Shown here one piece after another: positions 9,778 through 19,848 of a DNA stretch of 64,000 bases. Positions within the stretch are counted from its first letter, which is position 1. The number at the start of each line of letters is the position of its first letter. The notes below the pieces were generated by a model, which worked only from the letters and a program-made list of their open reading frames with translations, made no database searches and was not told the origin of the DNA. Source of the stretch: Eubacteriales bacterium (lineage in GTDB: Bacteria > Bacillota > Clostridia > Christensenellales > UBA1242). The position numbers and the translations under genes are program-made. The stretch is from assembly GCA_018384735.1 (NCBI GenBank), contig JAHAXB010000034.1, positions 19,659 to 83,658 of the forward strand, read 5' to 3'.

Positions 9778-12516
9778 CTATAAACCATACAGTTCTGCAA
9801 CCTGTTCCCTGGTTGCAATCACTTCACGCGCTTTGCCATTACCAAAATCAGCACCGACAAAACCCATTTGTTCCAACTGGTCCATAATACGACCCGCACG
9901 ACCAAAGCCAACCGCGAACTTACGTTGAATTTCCGAAATCGACAAAGTACGGCGGACATTGTTATCACGCACCGCATAACGCAATACCGCCACCAATTTC
10001 GGGTCTTGACCGCCCACATCGGGACCGTCGCCACCATCACTGAAACCGGCTGCTGCACCATCGGGAATACCATTTAAAATCAAATCTTCAATTTCCGCGT
10101 TGTATTCGGACGGGTTCTTTTCGCGGACGAAGTTGGTCACCTGACGTAATTCGTCGTTGGTCATGAAACAGCATTGAATACGGTCAATACCTTTGGCGGT
10201 CATAAACAACATATCACCACGACCCATCAAAGTTTCGGCGCCAATTTGATCCAAGATGGTACGACTATCCACACCGCTCAAAACACGGAACGCAATACGC
10301 GTACCAATATTCGCCTTAATAACACCACTGATGACATCGACACTGGGGCGTTGAGTTGCCAAAATAATGTGAATACCCGCAGCACGGGCTTTTTGCGCCA
10401 AACTTTGGATACAGTCTTCGACCTCTTTCTTGTTGCGCGACATCAAGTCCGCAGTTTCATCCACAACCATGACAATGTACGGCATAGCCGGGATTTGACC
10501 GCTCTTATACGCCGGCAAAGCTTGGTACAAAGCAATATTGTTGACGTGTTGACCTTGCAACAAATCGTAACGGTGGTCCATTTCACGAATTAACCATTTA
10601 AAAGCGTTGACCGCTTGCGTTGCGTTGGTAATACACCTTTCGACCAACATGTGTGGCAAGCCGTCGTACATACCAAGTTCGACACCACCCTTCATATCAA
10701 CCAAGACCAATTTCAAATCTTCCGGACTGGTCTTATAAATCAAACTGGTCAAAATCGTGTTGATACAAACCGATTTACCCGAACCGGTAGTACCAGCAAC
10801 CAACAAGTGTGGCATTTCGGCTAAGTCTGCGATAATCGGGTCGCCGTTAATGTTTTTACCAATACAGATTGCCAACGGACTTTTGTGAGCAATAAATTCG
10901 CGCGAACCCAACAAGTCCTTAATCGAAACCGTACCAATCGTGTGGTTAGGTACCTCAATACCAATCGCGTTCTTACCCTCAATCGGGCTTTCCATACGGG
11001 TATTATTCGTTTTCAAAACGAAGTTCATATCGTCACGCAAGTTTTCAATCTGCGCAACACGCGTTCCCAGTTCCGGCACAATTTCAAAACGCGTAACCGC
11101 GGGCGCCACATTGAAACTGTGCACACGCGCTCGGACATTGTATTGTTGGAACAACTCGTTTAACTTAACTTCTTTTTCACTGGCTTCCGCGTTAAATTGG
11201 CTTAAATCCATACTCTGGGTGTGGATTAAATCCAATGTCGGTTTAATGTAACGAACATTTTTGTAGGTATCCCCCGCCGGTTCTTTTTTCTCGCTGGGAA
11301 TATCCAAAGTCAATGACGTTTGGTTGTTCAAATTTTGGATGACCGAAGAACTACTGCGACGGCGACTGGAAGTCGGACTGGCTGGCGTTGCGTCCGGACT
11401 GGCCGGTGGCGTCCAGTTATTGCTACCGCCCTGCCATTGCATACCACTGTTTTGTCCCCAACCCGTGTTAGTTTGATCCCACGGCGTACTGGGTTGCGTT
11501 GGTGTTGGTTGCACGGGGGTTACCGGTTGTTGCGGAATACCATTCGACAACGGCATGGTTGCGGACGGCATATACGGATAGGCGGGCGCGCCCATGGTAG
11601 GCATTTGTGGCATAATTGGACTGGGCGTTGGTGCCGTTGGCGTGGACCAACTGGAACTATCCAAGCCCTGCCACGGAATAGCAACCCCATCGTTATACAT
11701 TCTTAAACCACCGGTTTGGGCATTAGCTGCATTAATGGACGCTTGGTTAATGGCTTCGGGTGAACTTAAATTTTGCAAGTTAATTGGGCTGCCGGCAGTG
11801 GTTTTAGTGTTGCCGGTTTTGGGCAACGCCCCCAAGCCCAACAAACTTTTGTTGGCGTCAAAGTTACGGCGGTTTTCGCGCATGATTTCTTTATTGGCAA
11901 TTTGTAATTTTTCGTAAAGTTCGGCTGCGTTCTTCGCGTAATCATTACTGGTTTCCACAGCTTCGGGTTCTTTAGTTTCCAAAGTAACAATCCGTTGTTC
12001 ATGGTTCTTGGTAATAACACGGGAAATTACCAAAATCAAACCTGCCAAATAAAGCATACCCAACAGTAAGTAGGTGCCAACCGTGCCAGAAATTACCAAT
12101 AACAAATATGATGGCAAAGCGAACAAGACACCACCAGGGGTTAAATGTGAACTGGAAAAGCAATAACTTAAATAACCGCCGAGGTCGGTGTTTTTACCGC
12201 CGTTCACCACAGATTGGGTAAAGCCAACGTGCATTGCGGTAAAGAAAGCGAACAACATAATCAGCGAACCCCAAAGATACTGCGGATTGATTTTGATGCG
12301 CTTACCAGTACGCAGACAAATGCCAAAAACCGCCAGCACCACAAAAACACAAAAGATGTAAACTCCGCAAACGCCATACAAGAAATTACTAATGACACCA
12401 CCCAAACGGAACAACATTAAAAGTGCACCAATGCCTGATGCCCAAATAACAACATCACCCCACGGAAATGGGCGTTTGGCATTTTGTTTCTTTGTACGAT
12501 GGATAGTACCGTCCAT
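9778..12516 (-). CDS. ftsK: DNA translocase FtsK/SpoIIIE
   Basis: N-terminal TM helices, a P/Q/T-rich linker, Walker A VAGTTGSGKS, and a C-terminal winged-helix-like ISEIQRKFAVGFGRAGRIMDQLE. Start is either ATG 12516 (8 nt after TATAAT) or ATG 12522. Confidence 0.85.
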   Translation of the reverse strand: MDGTIHRTKKQNAKRPFPWGDVVIWASGIGALLMLFRLGGVISNFLYGVCGVYIFCVFVVLAVFGICLRTGKRIKINPQYLWGSLIMLFAFFTAMHVGFTQSVVNGGKNTDLGGYLSYCFSSSHLTPGGVLFALPSYLLLVISGTVGTYLLLGMLYLAGLILVISRVITKNHEQRIVTLETKEPEAVETSNDYAKNAAELYEKLQIANKEIMRENRRNFDANKSLLGLGALPKTGNTKTTAGSPINLQNLSSPEAINQASINAANAQTGGLRMYNDGVAIPWQGLDSSSWSTPTAPTPSPIMPQMPTMGAPAYPYMPSATMPLSNGIPQQPVTPVQPTPTQPSTPWDQTNTGWGQNSGMQWQGGSNNWTPPASPDATPASPTSSRRRSSSSVIQNLNNQTSLTLDIPSEKKEPAGDTYKNVRYIKPTLDLIHTQSMDLSQFNAEASEKEVKLNELFQQYNVRARVHSFNVAPAVTRFEIVPELGTRVAQIENLRDDMNFVLKTNNTRMESPIEGKNAIGIEVPNHTIGTVSIKDLLGSREFIAHKSPLAICIGKNINGDPIIADLAEMPHLLVAGTTGSGKSVCINTILTSLIYKTSPEDLKLVLVDMKGGVELGMYDGLPHMLVERCITNATQAVNAFKWLIREMDHRYDLLQGQHVNNIALYQALPAYKSGQIPAMPYIVMVVDETADLMSRNKKEVEDCIQSLAQKARAAGIHIILATQRPSVDVISGVIKANIGTRIAFRVLSGVDSRTILDQIGAETLMGRGDMLFMTAKGIDRIQCCFMTNDELRQVTNFVREKNPSEYNAEIEDLILNGIPDGAAAGFSDGGDGPDVGGQDPKLVAVLRYAVRDNNVRRTLSISEIQRKFAVGFGRAGRIMDQLEQMGFVGADFGNGKAREVIATREQVAELYGL

Positions 12517-12556
12517 TAACATAAATTATAAACAAAAATTCGCTTTTCGTAAAATA

Positions 12557-13792
12557 TTATTTACCGACAATCACCGTCAAAATTTTATCTTTCGACAGGT
12601 ACTTTTTCACAACCGCGTTTACATCCGCTACGGTCAAAGCGTCCACAATCTTTAACTCATCTTCAATGGGTGTAATTTGGTTGCGCGTGCTAATTTGGTC
12701 AACAATGCGGTTGTTGATGCGGGTGGTCACTTCACTATCGAACAAACGTTGTAAGTGCCATTGATTACGGAACTTAACCAACTCCTCTTCCTTAATACCA
12801 TCGCGCAAAACCAAGTCCAATTCGCGGTTCACGACCTCGATAACTTTTTGCGTATTTTTCGGTGTGCAAGAGAAAACAATGCCGAAGCTGCCACCAATAT
12901 CCGATAATTCCAAATTGGTCGAAATTGAATAAACTAAGCCCAACTTTTCACGCACACTGATGAACAAGCGGCTGCTCATGTCGCCACCGAACAACAAGCC
13001 AAACAAAGTCAAAGCGTAACGGTCTTCGCTGTATTGGTTGCAAACCGGAATGGTCAAGATGACGTGTTGTTGTTCCGTATCTTTTTTAACCTGCAACAAA
13101 GTCGGCGCTGGTTGAATCGCCGGCACATTTTCACGCTGTTTGGGTGTGGCAGGAACCGTACTCATGAATGGTAAGTAATACTTGGCGACCAACTCTTCTG
13201 CACGTGCCATGGTAATATCGCCCGCAAACGCCAAAATTGTATTGGGGGCAATGTAATGCTTTTTCACATAACGGTAAATATCGTCCGGTCGGTACGCTTT
13301 AATGTCTTTAGCATACCCCGCCACCGGATGTTCGTACTTGGTGCCCTTGTAAAACAAACTGTTCATGCGGTCGTACATAACCGAAACCGGATGGTCTTCG
13401 TGCATTGCAATTTCTTGCACAATAACATCGCCCTCTTTATCAAAATCGACTGGGTCAAATTTCAAATTAAAGTACATATCGGAAAACAAATCCAAACACG
13501 CGTCAATATTATCCGCCACGGCCTTAGTATGAAAGCAAGTCGCGCATTCGCTGGTCCAAGCGTTGTATTGCACACCCAGATAAGCGAACTCATCAATAAT
13601 TTGTTGTCCCGTACGTTTAGTTGTACCTTTGAACAACATATGTTCACAAAAATGGGATAAACCCTGTTCGGACTTAGTTTCGTCCCCACTGCCCGCCATA
13701 ATCAGCATACTAAACGCCACACTTTTGAAATTAGCCATCGGCGTTACCACCAAACGTAAACCATTAGGATAAGTTTTAATCATTGTCTTCAT
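12557..13792 (-). CDS. M16 (pitrilysin/insulinase) family zinc peptidase
   Basis: HFCEHMLFKGT matches the HxxEH inverted zinc motif. At 411 aa it is the size of the MlpA/YmxG type. Confidence 0.75.
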   Translation of the reverse strand: MKTMIKTYPNGLRLVVTPMANFKSVAFSMLIMAGSGDETKSEQGLSHFCEHMLFKGTTKRTGQQIIDEFAYLGVQYNAWTSECATCFHTKAVADNIDACLDLFSDMYFNLKFDPVDFDKEGDVIVQEIAMHEDHPVSVMYDRMNSLFYKGTKYEHPVAGYAKDIKAYRPDDIYRYVKKHYIAPNTILAFAGDITMARAEELVAKYYLPFMSTVPATPKQRENVPAIQPAPTLLQVKKDTEQQHVILTIPVCNQYSEDRYALTLFGLLFGGDMSSRLFISVREKLGLVYSISTNLELSDIGGSFGIVFSCTPKNTQKVIEVVNRELDLVLRDGIKEEELVKFRNQWHLQRLFDSEVTTRINNRIVDQISTRNQITPIEDELKIVDALTVADVNAVVKKYLSKDKILTVIVGK

Positions 13793-13846
13793 ACCATTAT
13801 ATTAGCCAAAAACATAAAATAACGCAAATCATAATATACATAAGCA

Positions 13847-14557
13847 ATGCCGAAACACCGCATTGTAATTACCAACACCATCATTTGCAGCGTCTTGTTG
13901 ATTTTGGGACTGCTGGTCAACACCATTAACATTGACAAAACTTACCTGACCGTGGCTGCTCCGCTCTCGTATGGTGACCGTAACGGTCAACAAGTCGGTT
14001 TAATGTTCATTATCGACGACCCACACATGGCCGAAAACATTCCGGAAGTTTTGGACACCTTATCCCGTTTTGAAGCCAGTGCGACTTTCTTTTTTACCGG
14101 TACCGCCGCCATCAACAACTTAGAAATTTTGCAGACCTTGGCCGACAATTACGAACTCGGTAACTACGGTTTTTCCAACCAGTCCTTGAACAGCGCGGAC
14201 AAAAACTTTATCGCCGAAGAAATCCGACTGGGCGACGCTTTAATCAGTTCACTGGTTCACAAGCCGATGAAAGTTTTTACGCCACCTACGGGTGCATTTA
14301 ACAAGCACACCTTAGCCATGGCGCAAAGTTTGGGTTACACCACTGTGCTACCCACCGCACGCAATGCTGTTATCGACTGGGACACCGCAGATAGTAATTT
14401 AGTTTTGTCTTACGCGACCTACCAAGTTAAGGCGGGCGACATCATTGCCCTAAAAATGACAACCGCCACTCGGCAATGTTTTGCGCAAGTGGCGGCTGAA
14501 TATTTATCACACGACTTAAAGATTACTTCGCTGGAGCGTCTTTTGCCGGTGTCGTAG
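13847..14557 (+). CDS. Polysaccharide deacetylase (NodB homology) family protein, catalytic motifs degenerate
   Basis: N-terminal TM helix. FIIDDP, ATFFFTG and VIDWDT resemble NodB motifs, but the HxxxH pair is replaced (GNYGFSN). The 3' end overlaps pnp by 35 nt in convergent orientation. Confidence 0.55.
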   Translation: MPKHRIVITNTIICSVLLILGLLVNTINIDKTYLTVAAPLSYGDRNGQQVGLMFIIDDPHMAENIPEVLDTLSRFEASATFFFTGTAAINNLEILQTLADNYELGNYGFSNQSLNSADKNFIAEEIRLGDALISSLVHKPMKVFTPPTGAFNKHTLAMAQSLGYTTVLPTARNAVIDWDTADSNLVLSYATYQVKAGDIIALKMTTATRQCFAQVAAEYLSHDLKITSLERLLPVS

Positions 14558-16631
14558 GCACGATACGTTGCAAATCAACGCGTCCCTTTTCGTCAATTTT
14601 GATGACTTTGACTTTAATCTTGTCACCAACTTTCACGACGTCTTCAACTTTATTGACACGTTCTTTGGCTAATTTTGAAATGTGTACCATACCTTCCAAG
14701 TTTTCGGTCAATTTTACGAAGCAACCGAAATCCAAGATACGAACCACAGTGCCTTCAAAAATTTGACCAACTTCGGGTTCCAACACGATGTCAGCGATGA
14801 TGGCTTTGGCTTTTTCCACCATAGCCGCTTCGGCGCCACCGATAAAGACTTTACCATCTTCTTCAATGTCAATCTTAACACCGGTTTGGTCGATAATTTT
14901 GTTAATGGTTTTACCACCACTACCGATGACATCTTTAATCTTTTCTGGATTGATTTTGAAAGTGATAATCTTGGGTGCGTACTTAGAAATTTCTTTAGCT
15001 GGCGCTTTGATTTCCGCGTTCATAATCTTCAAAATTTTCATACGACCTTCACGGGCTTGTTCCAAAGCGGTCGTAATAATTTCTTTATCAATACCCGCAA
15101 TCTTGATATCCATTTGGATGGCGGTAATACCTTTTTCCGTACCCGCAACTTTGAAGTCCATGTCGCCGTAGAAGTCTTCCACACCTTGAATATCGGTTAA
15201 GACTGCTACACGACGGCTGTTTTTATCTTTAATCAAGCCCATCGCGATACCCGCAACTGCGGCTTTAATCGGCACACCAGCATTCATCAAAGACATCGAG
15301 CTGCCGCAAACCGAAGCCATGGACGAACTACCGTTACTGGACAAAACTTCACTGACGGTACGGATGGCATACGGGAATTCTTCTTCACTCGGCAAAACTG
15401 GAATTAACGCACGTTCCGCCAAGGCACCATGACCAATTTCACGACGTCCCGGTGCTTTCAACGGACGGGCTTCTCCAGTGGCATAAGGTGGCATATTGTA
15501 TTGGTGCATGTAGCGTTTCGCTTCTTCGTCATCAATACCATCCAACTTTTGTGCATCGCTCAACATACCCAAAGTACAAACGTTCAAAACTTGGGTGTTA
15601 CCACGGGTAAAGACCGCAGAACCATGAGTACGCGGTAACAAGCCGGTCGTGACCCAAATTGGACGGATGTCCTTGGTACCACGTCCATCCGGACGAACAC
15701 CTTGGTTCAAAATCTTTTCACGAACAATTTCTTTTTTAATCTTGTTCATGACTTCAATAATGTCATTTTTGCTTTCATCCCAAATGTCGGCAAATTTATC
15801 CGCAACAATGGTTTCCACTTTGTCTTCTTCCACACGACGTTTAATCGTATCGGTTTCTTTCAAAGCACTTTCAATAAAGCTGGTTGCATAAGCGCGAACT
15901 TGTTCTTCCAAATTTGCATCAATCGTGTGCAAAGCGACTTTGCGTTTTTCTTTACCAACTTTTTTGGCAATACCAACTTGGAATTCGCACAATTTTTTAA
16001 TTTCTTCGTGCGCGAACATAATTGCATCAATCATGTCAGCTTCGGAAACTTGGTTTGCACCGGCCTCCACCATCAAGACGGCTTCACTGGTACCGCTAAC
16101 GGTTAAGTGCAGGTCGCTATGTTCTTGCTCATTCGCGGTTGGGTTGCAAATGAATTTACCATCTACGCGCGCCACTTGTACTGCACCGGTTGGTCCGTTC
16201 CACGGAATATCACTGATTGTCAATGCTACTGACGAAGCCAACATACCCAATGGTTCGGGGGCAACATCAGGGTCAACCGACAAAGTCGTAACCACGACCG
16301 CCACATCATTGTGTAAGTTCTTATCAAACAAAGGACGCAAAGGACGGTCGATTAAGCGACTGGTCAAAATAGCCTTGTCACCACCGCGTCCTTCACGCCT
16401 TGTAAATCCGCCAGGAATTTTACCTACTGAATATAATTTTTCTTGGAAATCAACGCCCAACGGGAAAAAGTCAATCCCGTCACGTGGCTGATCTGCCATA
16501 GTTACGTTGGCCATAATTACGGTTTCCCCGCAACTGACCAAGCAGGTACCATGCGCCAAACCACACAAGGCGCCGGTTTCCACTGTTACTGTACGATTAC
16601 CAATCGTAGTTGTCCATTTCTTATTTTCCAT
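14523..16631 (-). CDS. pnp: Polyribonucleotide nucleotidyltransferase (PNPase)
   Basis: 702 aa with two RNase PH-like halves, a KH domain (GSGGKTINKIIDQTGVKIDIEEDG) and an S1 domain (GQIFEGTVVRILDFGCFVKL). Confidence 0.92.
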   Translation of the reverse strand: MENKKWTTTIGNRTVTVETGALCGLAHGTCLVSCGETVIMANVTMADQPRDGIDFFPLGVDFQEKLYSVGKIPGGFTRREGRGGDKAILTSRLIDRPLRPLFDKNLHNDVAVVVTTLSVDPDVAPEPLGMLASSVALTISDIPWNGPTGAVQVARVDGKFICNPTANEQEHSDLHLTVSGTSEAVLMVEAGANQVSEADMIDAIMFAHEEIKKLCEFQVGIAKKVGKEKRKVALHTIDANLEEQVRAYATSFIESALKETDTIKRRVEEDKVETIVADKFADIWDESKNDIIEVMNKIKKEIVREKILNQGVRPDGRGTKDIRPIWVTTGLLPRTHGSAVFTRGNTQVLNVCTLGMLSDAQKLDGIDDEEAKRYMHQYNMPPYATGEARPLKAPGRREIGHGALAERALIPVLPSEEEFPYAIRTVSEVLSSNGSSSMASVCGSSMSLMNAGVPIKAAVAGIAMGLIKDKNSRRVAVLTDIQGVEDFYGDMDFKVAGTEKGITAIQMDIKIAGIDKEIITTALEQAREGRMKILKIMNAEIKAPAKEISKYAPKIITFKINPEKIKDVIGSGGKTINKIIDQTGVKIDIEEDGKVFIGGAEAAMVEKAKAIIADIVLEPEVGQIFEGTVVRILDFGCFVKLTENLEGMVHISKLAKERVNKVEDVVKVGDKIKVKVIKIDEKGRVDLQRIVPTTPAKDAPAK

Positions 16632-16638
16632 AAGGGCT

Positions 16639-16667
16639 ATTTTAGCATAAGTTTAGGACTTGTGCAA
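16639..16667 (-). promoter_or_regulatory. pnp promoter: TTGCAC-N17-TGcTAAAAT, with the -10 ending 7 nt before the ATG
   Basis: Read on the minus strand: -35 at 16667-16662, -10 at 16644-16639, ATG at 16631, no SD. Confidence 0.55.
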
Positions 16668-16671
16668 TTTT

Positions 16672-16842
16672 TTATTCGGTCTTTTCGGCTTCTGGCTGAT
16701 TTTCCGGTTGTTCCGTTTCGTTAGCACCAGCCGCTTCCCTTTGGCCCGTACGAATGTAACCCAAGTATGGTACGCAGCAAAGAAAGATCCGCACTAAAAT
16801 TGTCCACAGTTTCTTGAAAAACATTTTGAGATATGTTTTCAA
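16672..16842 (-). CDS. Hypothetical small protein (56 aa) with a hydrophobic N-terminus
   Basis: TTG start 9 nt after an AGGAGG that overlaps the stop of the upstream ORF. Manual translation: MKTYLKMFFKKLWTILVRIFLCCVPYLGYIRTGQREAAGANETEQPENQPEAEKTE. Too short for the ORF track. Confidence 0.3.
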   Translation of the reverse strand: MKTYLKMFFKKLWTILVRIFLCCVPYLGYIRTGQREAAGANETEQPENQPEAEKTE

Positions 16843-16848
16843 AAGTGA

Positions 16849-17703
16849 TTACCTCCTTTTTCCGTAACCGACAACGGCCGCCAAATCCGACACAACGGCT
16901 TGACTATCCGGTAACGATAACCGCAGTTGAAACTGGTCACCATTCAAATTGACTTTAATTTTTTGAATTTTGTTTGCGGCTTTAATTAAAACATTACGCT
17001 GTGTACGGTTGGAGGTCACTGTCAAAATAATGTTAGCGCTTGTTTTCAAGAAGATTTCGCGTAGTGTTTGCGTATCCGTCGCATACCCCAAACTAAACCA
17101 GTCACTTTCCCAATAACTACCTTCGGTCAACGCCAGATTAGCTTTTAACACTTCACTGTCGTCATCCAAATGTTCCAAAACAAGGTGGCGGTTAATTGTC
17201 ATCAGACCATTAGCACAAACGACTAATAGTTTGCCTTGGTAGTAGCGAATGTCCAAGCAAGTACCATAATTGGCGGGCAAGTAAATAAAGCCCTCCAAAA
17301 AGTGTCCCACGCTCCATTCGCCTTTCAAATCAACCGAGTACACAATGCGTTCTTGGGTTTGGGAAATTAAGAACAGGCGGTCCCCCACGACTGCCATTTT
17401 GCGGGGATAGACGGCGGCTTCCAAGGATTGGAAATCAAGGTTGTTATCCCGTGCGTGGTACAAACCACGGGTATCATCCGCCACAAAAATTTCGTGTCCC
17501 CACTTAGCAACATGAGTAAAACCATAAGTCGGCTCCGGCTCACCCAAAACCGTTAATTGATTTTTGGTACCTTTCAAGCCAACTAAAGATTTGGTGTAGA
17601 TACTGTTTTTCTTCTTTTTGACAACCACGGGCAAGGCGAAGTTGTCGAGACTAAAACGGACGCTGCGGTAGTTAGTGAACTGGCATAATGCGGGATTTAC
17701 CAT
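16849..17703 (-). CDS. Phage-module protein of unknown function (284 aa)
   Basis: Intact ORF. Start chosen at ATG 17703 (MVNPALCQF), overlapping the end of the upstream ORF. No motif recognised. Confidence 0.5.
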   Translation of the reverse strand: MVNPALCQFTNYRSVRFSLDNFALPVVVKKKKNSIYTKSLVGLKGTKNQLTVLGEPEPTYGFTHVAKWGHEIFVADDTRGLYHARDNNLDFQSLEAAVYPRKMAVVGDRLFLISQTQERIVYSVDLKGEWSVGHFLEGFIYLPANYGTCLDIRYYQGKLLVVCANGLMTINRHLVLEHLDDDSEVLKANLALTEGSYWESDWFSLGYATDTQTLREIFLKTSANIILTVTSNRTQRNVLIKAANKIQKIKVNLNGDQFQLRLSLPDSQAVVSDLAAVVGYGKRR

Positions 17704-18004
17704 GCTGCGCCTTAAATAATCCTGCGTTGTATTTTGCTTGCCAAACTTTCCATTCGTTAAACATACCGGCGACGAAAGCATATTCCGCCAAAACGCCATA
17801 CACCAAGGTCGCTTTATTCAATCCGTAGTCTTCTGGATTTAAGCGTGTTGAATCCGACATAATCCAGTTGCCCGCCAATGAATTTAGCACCAAGCGCGCA
17901 CAGGCGAAAAGCTGGTTGTAATTGTCGTCATGCGCGGTATTTTGCCAATCAATGGGTAACCCCAAAATGTCATTGGCATTACTAATTAAATCTCTCAAAA
18001 TCAT
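17672..18004 (-). CDS. Phage-module small protein (110 aa; possible head-completion or adaptor protein)
   Basis: Intact ORF overlapping both neighbours, downstream of the capsid gene. The function is inferred from position only. Confidence 0.45.
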   Translation of the reverse strand: MILRDLISNANDILGLPIDWQNTAHDDNYNQLFACARLVLNSLAGNWIMSDSTRLNPEDYGLNKATLVYGVLAEYAFVAGMFNEWKVWQAKYNAGLFKAQHGKSRIMPVH

Positions 18005-18305
18005 ATTTTACATAATCCTTTATTTGAGCTTTTAGGTTTTCGACTTTTTTTGCTTGTGCTTGAAAGATTGCGGCGTTACCTTCATCGATTTCCCGTTCGA
18101 TTTCATCCGCGTTTTCGCGGCGGGTCCGTTGGGTATAAACCAAAGTGCGGACATCCAAAGTTTCGAACGGGACGACAAAAGCCAATTTACCATGCCAGAA
18201 CACTTCGAACCGTTCCTTTTCCCCGTGCCAATAAATTTTGTAAGCGGGGTCAATTTGTAAGATACGTTCGGCGATGTGAAACAGGTCGTGGTAAATTCTT
18301 TGCAT
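17982..18305 (-). CDS. Phage-module small protein (107 aa)
   Basis: Intact ORF starting 6 nt after the capsid stop, with a charged coiled-coil-like C-terminal half. Confidence 0.45.
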   Translation of the reverse strand: MQRIYHDLFHIAERILQIDPAYKIYWHGEKERFEVFWHGKLAFVVPFETLDVRTLVYTQRTRRENADEIEREIDEGNAAIFQAQAKKVENLKAQIKDYVKYDFERFN

Positions 18306-18310
18306 ATTCC

Positions 18311-19522
18311 TTACTCCGCCTTAGCTTTCAAAGCCGAGAAACCACTACAACGACCTTGCAAGAATGGTTTATCGCAAATCATATCAGCATACTTAACCAA
18401 GGTTGCCATGTAGGTGGCTTTACCCGGTAATTGTTTTAAGATGCTGCCGTCTTCGTTTGACAACCAAGTCCAATCACATAATTGATGCATCGCAAAGGAT
18501 TTGCTGTTCAAAGCGTACAGGTTACCCGCTTTACATTTCACATCACTATACATCGGGATGCCATTAAAGGTGATACCGTGGAAACCGCCCGCCAATTCTG
18601 TTGGAGCAATGTTAGAACGAGTATTCCTTAAAGATTCAAAGATGGCTTTTTTAACACGTGGATGGGTCAACAAAATGTCGGCTGGCATGCTTTGGCAATG
18701 TTCTTCGTATTTTTCCAAGAATTCCAAAGCTGCGTCTTCGTCCAAGACACGTAACTCTGCCCCACGGTCAATGTAATTGCATGGAACAACTTCACGGTTT
18801 TGGTTAAGACTAAGTCCATAAAGACTGGTGTTGAAAACTGAGTCAATACCGTTCATGTTGGTGCCATCGTCTTCTGCAAGATAGATGTAATAACGGTCAG
18901 CTTTATCTTCCGACAACGCATCACTTAATGTCAAGATGCCACCAATCGGGTCAAAGTCTGTAACCAAGTTGTCATCAACTGGGTCAGTAATTTCTTCACC
19001 GGCACCGTTGCAAATGCTAATGTGCATACCGTCAGCCAAATTTTGCGCATAACGCGTGTCAATATCAATGACTTTACGGTCATTAGCGTGAATTGCGCTG
19101 GCGTCGAAAACCGCCAACAATTTTTTACCATTACCATATAACATGGAGGTCAAATTATTTTGTGCAGCCGCCACCAAGTTTTGCATTTCGCCACCCAACA
19201 AGGAAGCAAAAGCATTGGGATCCAAAGACGCCGCTTTCAAAGCTTTGTCGCTAATTTGAAAGGTACCGTACAAGTTTTTCAAAGGTACCGAAATTTCGAC
19301 CGACTTTTCGCTGTTGCCAACTGGTAAGTCGCCAGTTTCCGTACCAGCACCAACCGCCGCTTGTCCGCAACGAATGTTGACGGTCGCGTTCTTGCCGCTG
19401 GCGATACGAGTATTTTCTTCAATCATCGTTAAGAATGGGTTAGTTTTTTTGTTAATGTCGTTAATGACAGTATCCAAATAGATATTCTTTAACGCATTTT
19501 CCGCTGTTGCAGTTGTAATCAT
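18311..19522 (-). CDS. Putative phage major capsid protein
   Basis: 403 aa, placed directly after the scaffold-like ORF (ATGA overlap) in the TerL-portal-scaffold-capsid order. Its overall look resembles Firmicute phage capsid proteins. The fold was not verified. Confidence 0.6.
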   Translation of the reverse strand: MITTATAENALKNIYLDTVINDINKKTNPFLTMIEENTRIASGKNATVNIRCGQAAVGAGTETGDLPVGNSEKSVEISVPLKNLYGTFQISDKALKAASLDPNAFASLLGGEMQNLVAAAQNNLTSMLYGNGKKLLAVFDASAIHANDRKVIDIDTRYAQNLADGMHISICNGAGEEITDPVDDNLVTDFDPIGGILTLSDALSEDKADRYYIYLAEDDGTNMNGIDSVFNTSLYGLSLNQNREVVPCNYIDRGAELRVLDEDAALEFLEKYEEHCQSMPADILLTHPRVKKAIFESLRNTRSNIAPTELAGGFHGITFNGIPMYSDVKCKAGNLYALNSKSFAMHQLCDWTWLSNEDGSILKQLPGKATYMATLVKYADMICDKPFLQGRCSGFSALKAKAE

Positions 19523-19848
19523 TTTGAAACTCCTTTTTTGAAATATTCACAAGCCAAACGATCCGCTTGCGCTAAATTGGTTGGCTTCTTTTCTTTGGCG
19601 AAATCGAAAGCTGATGAAGAACTGGTCAACACGACGGGCGCCTGTGTCTTGTTGTTGGCTAATAAATACTCCCGAATGATATCCTCCCGGCTGGGCATGG
19701 AGTTTATTTTCTGTTCCAGTTCTTTATAAGCTTGCGCCTTTTTCGTGAACGCGCTTTGCAATTCACTATAAGATTTTTGGAGTGCCTCGATGTCCACAGT
19801 GGGTTGTATCTCCGCTTGTTCCAAAGTTTTGTTTGATTCAGTTTCCAT
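19519..19848 (-). CDS. Putative scaffolding protein
   Basis: 109 aa, helical and charged (EALQKSYSELQSAFTKKAQAYKELEQK), located between the portal and capsid genes. Confidence 0.45.
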   Translation of the reverse strand: METESNKTLEQAEIQPTVDIEALQKSYSELQSAFTKKAQAYKELEQKINSMPSREDIIREYLLANNKTQAPVVLTSSSSAFDFAKEKKPTNLAQADRLACEYFKKGVSK

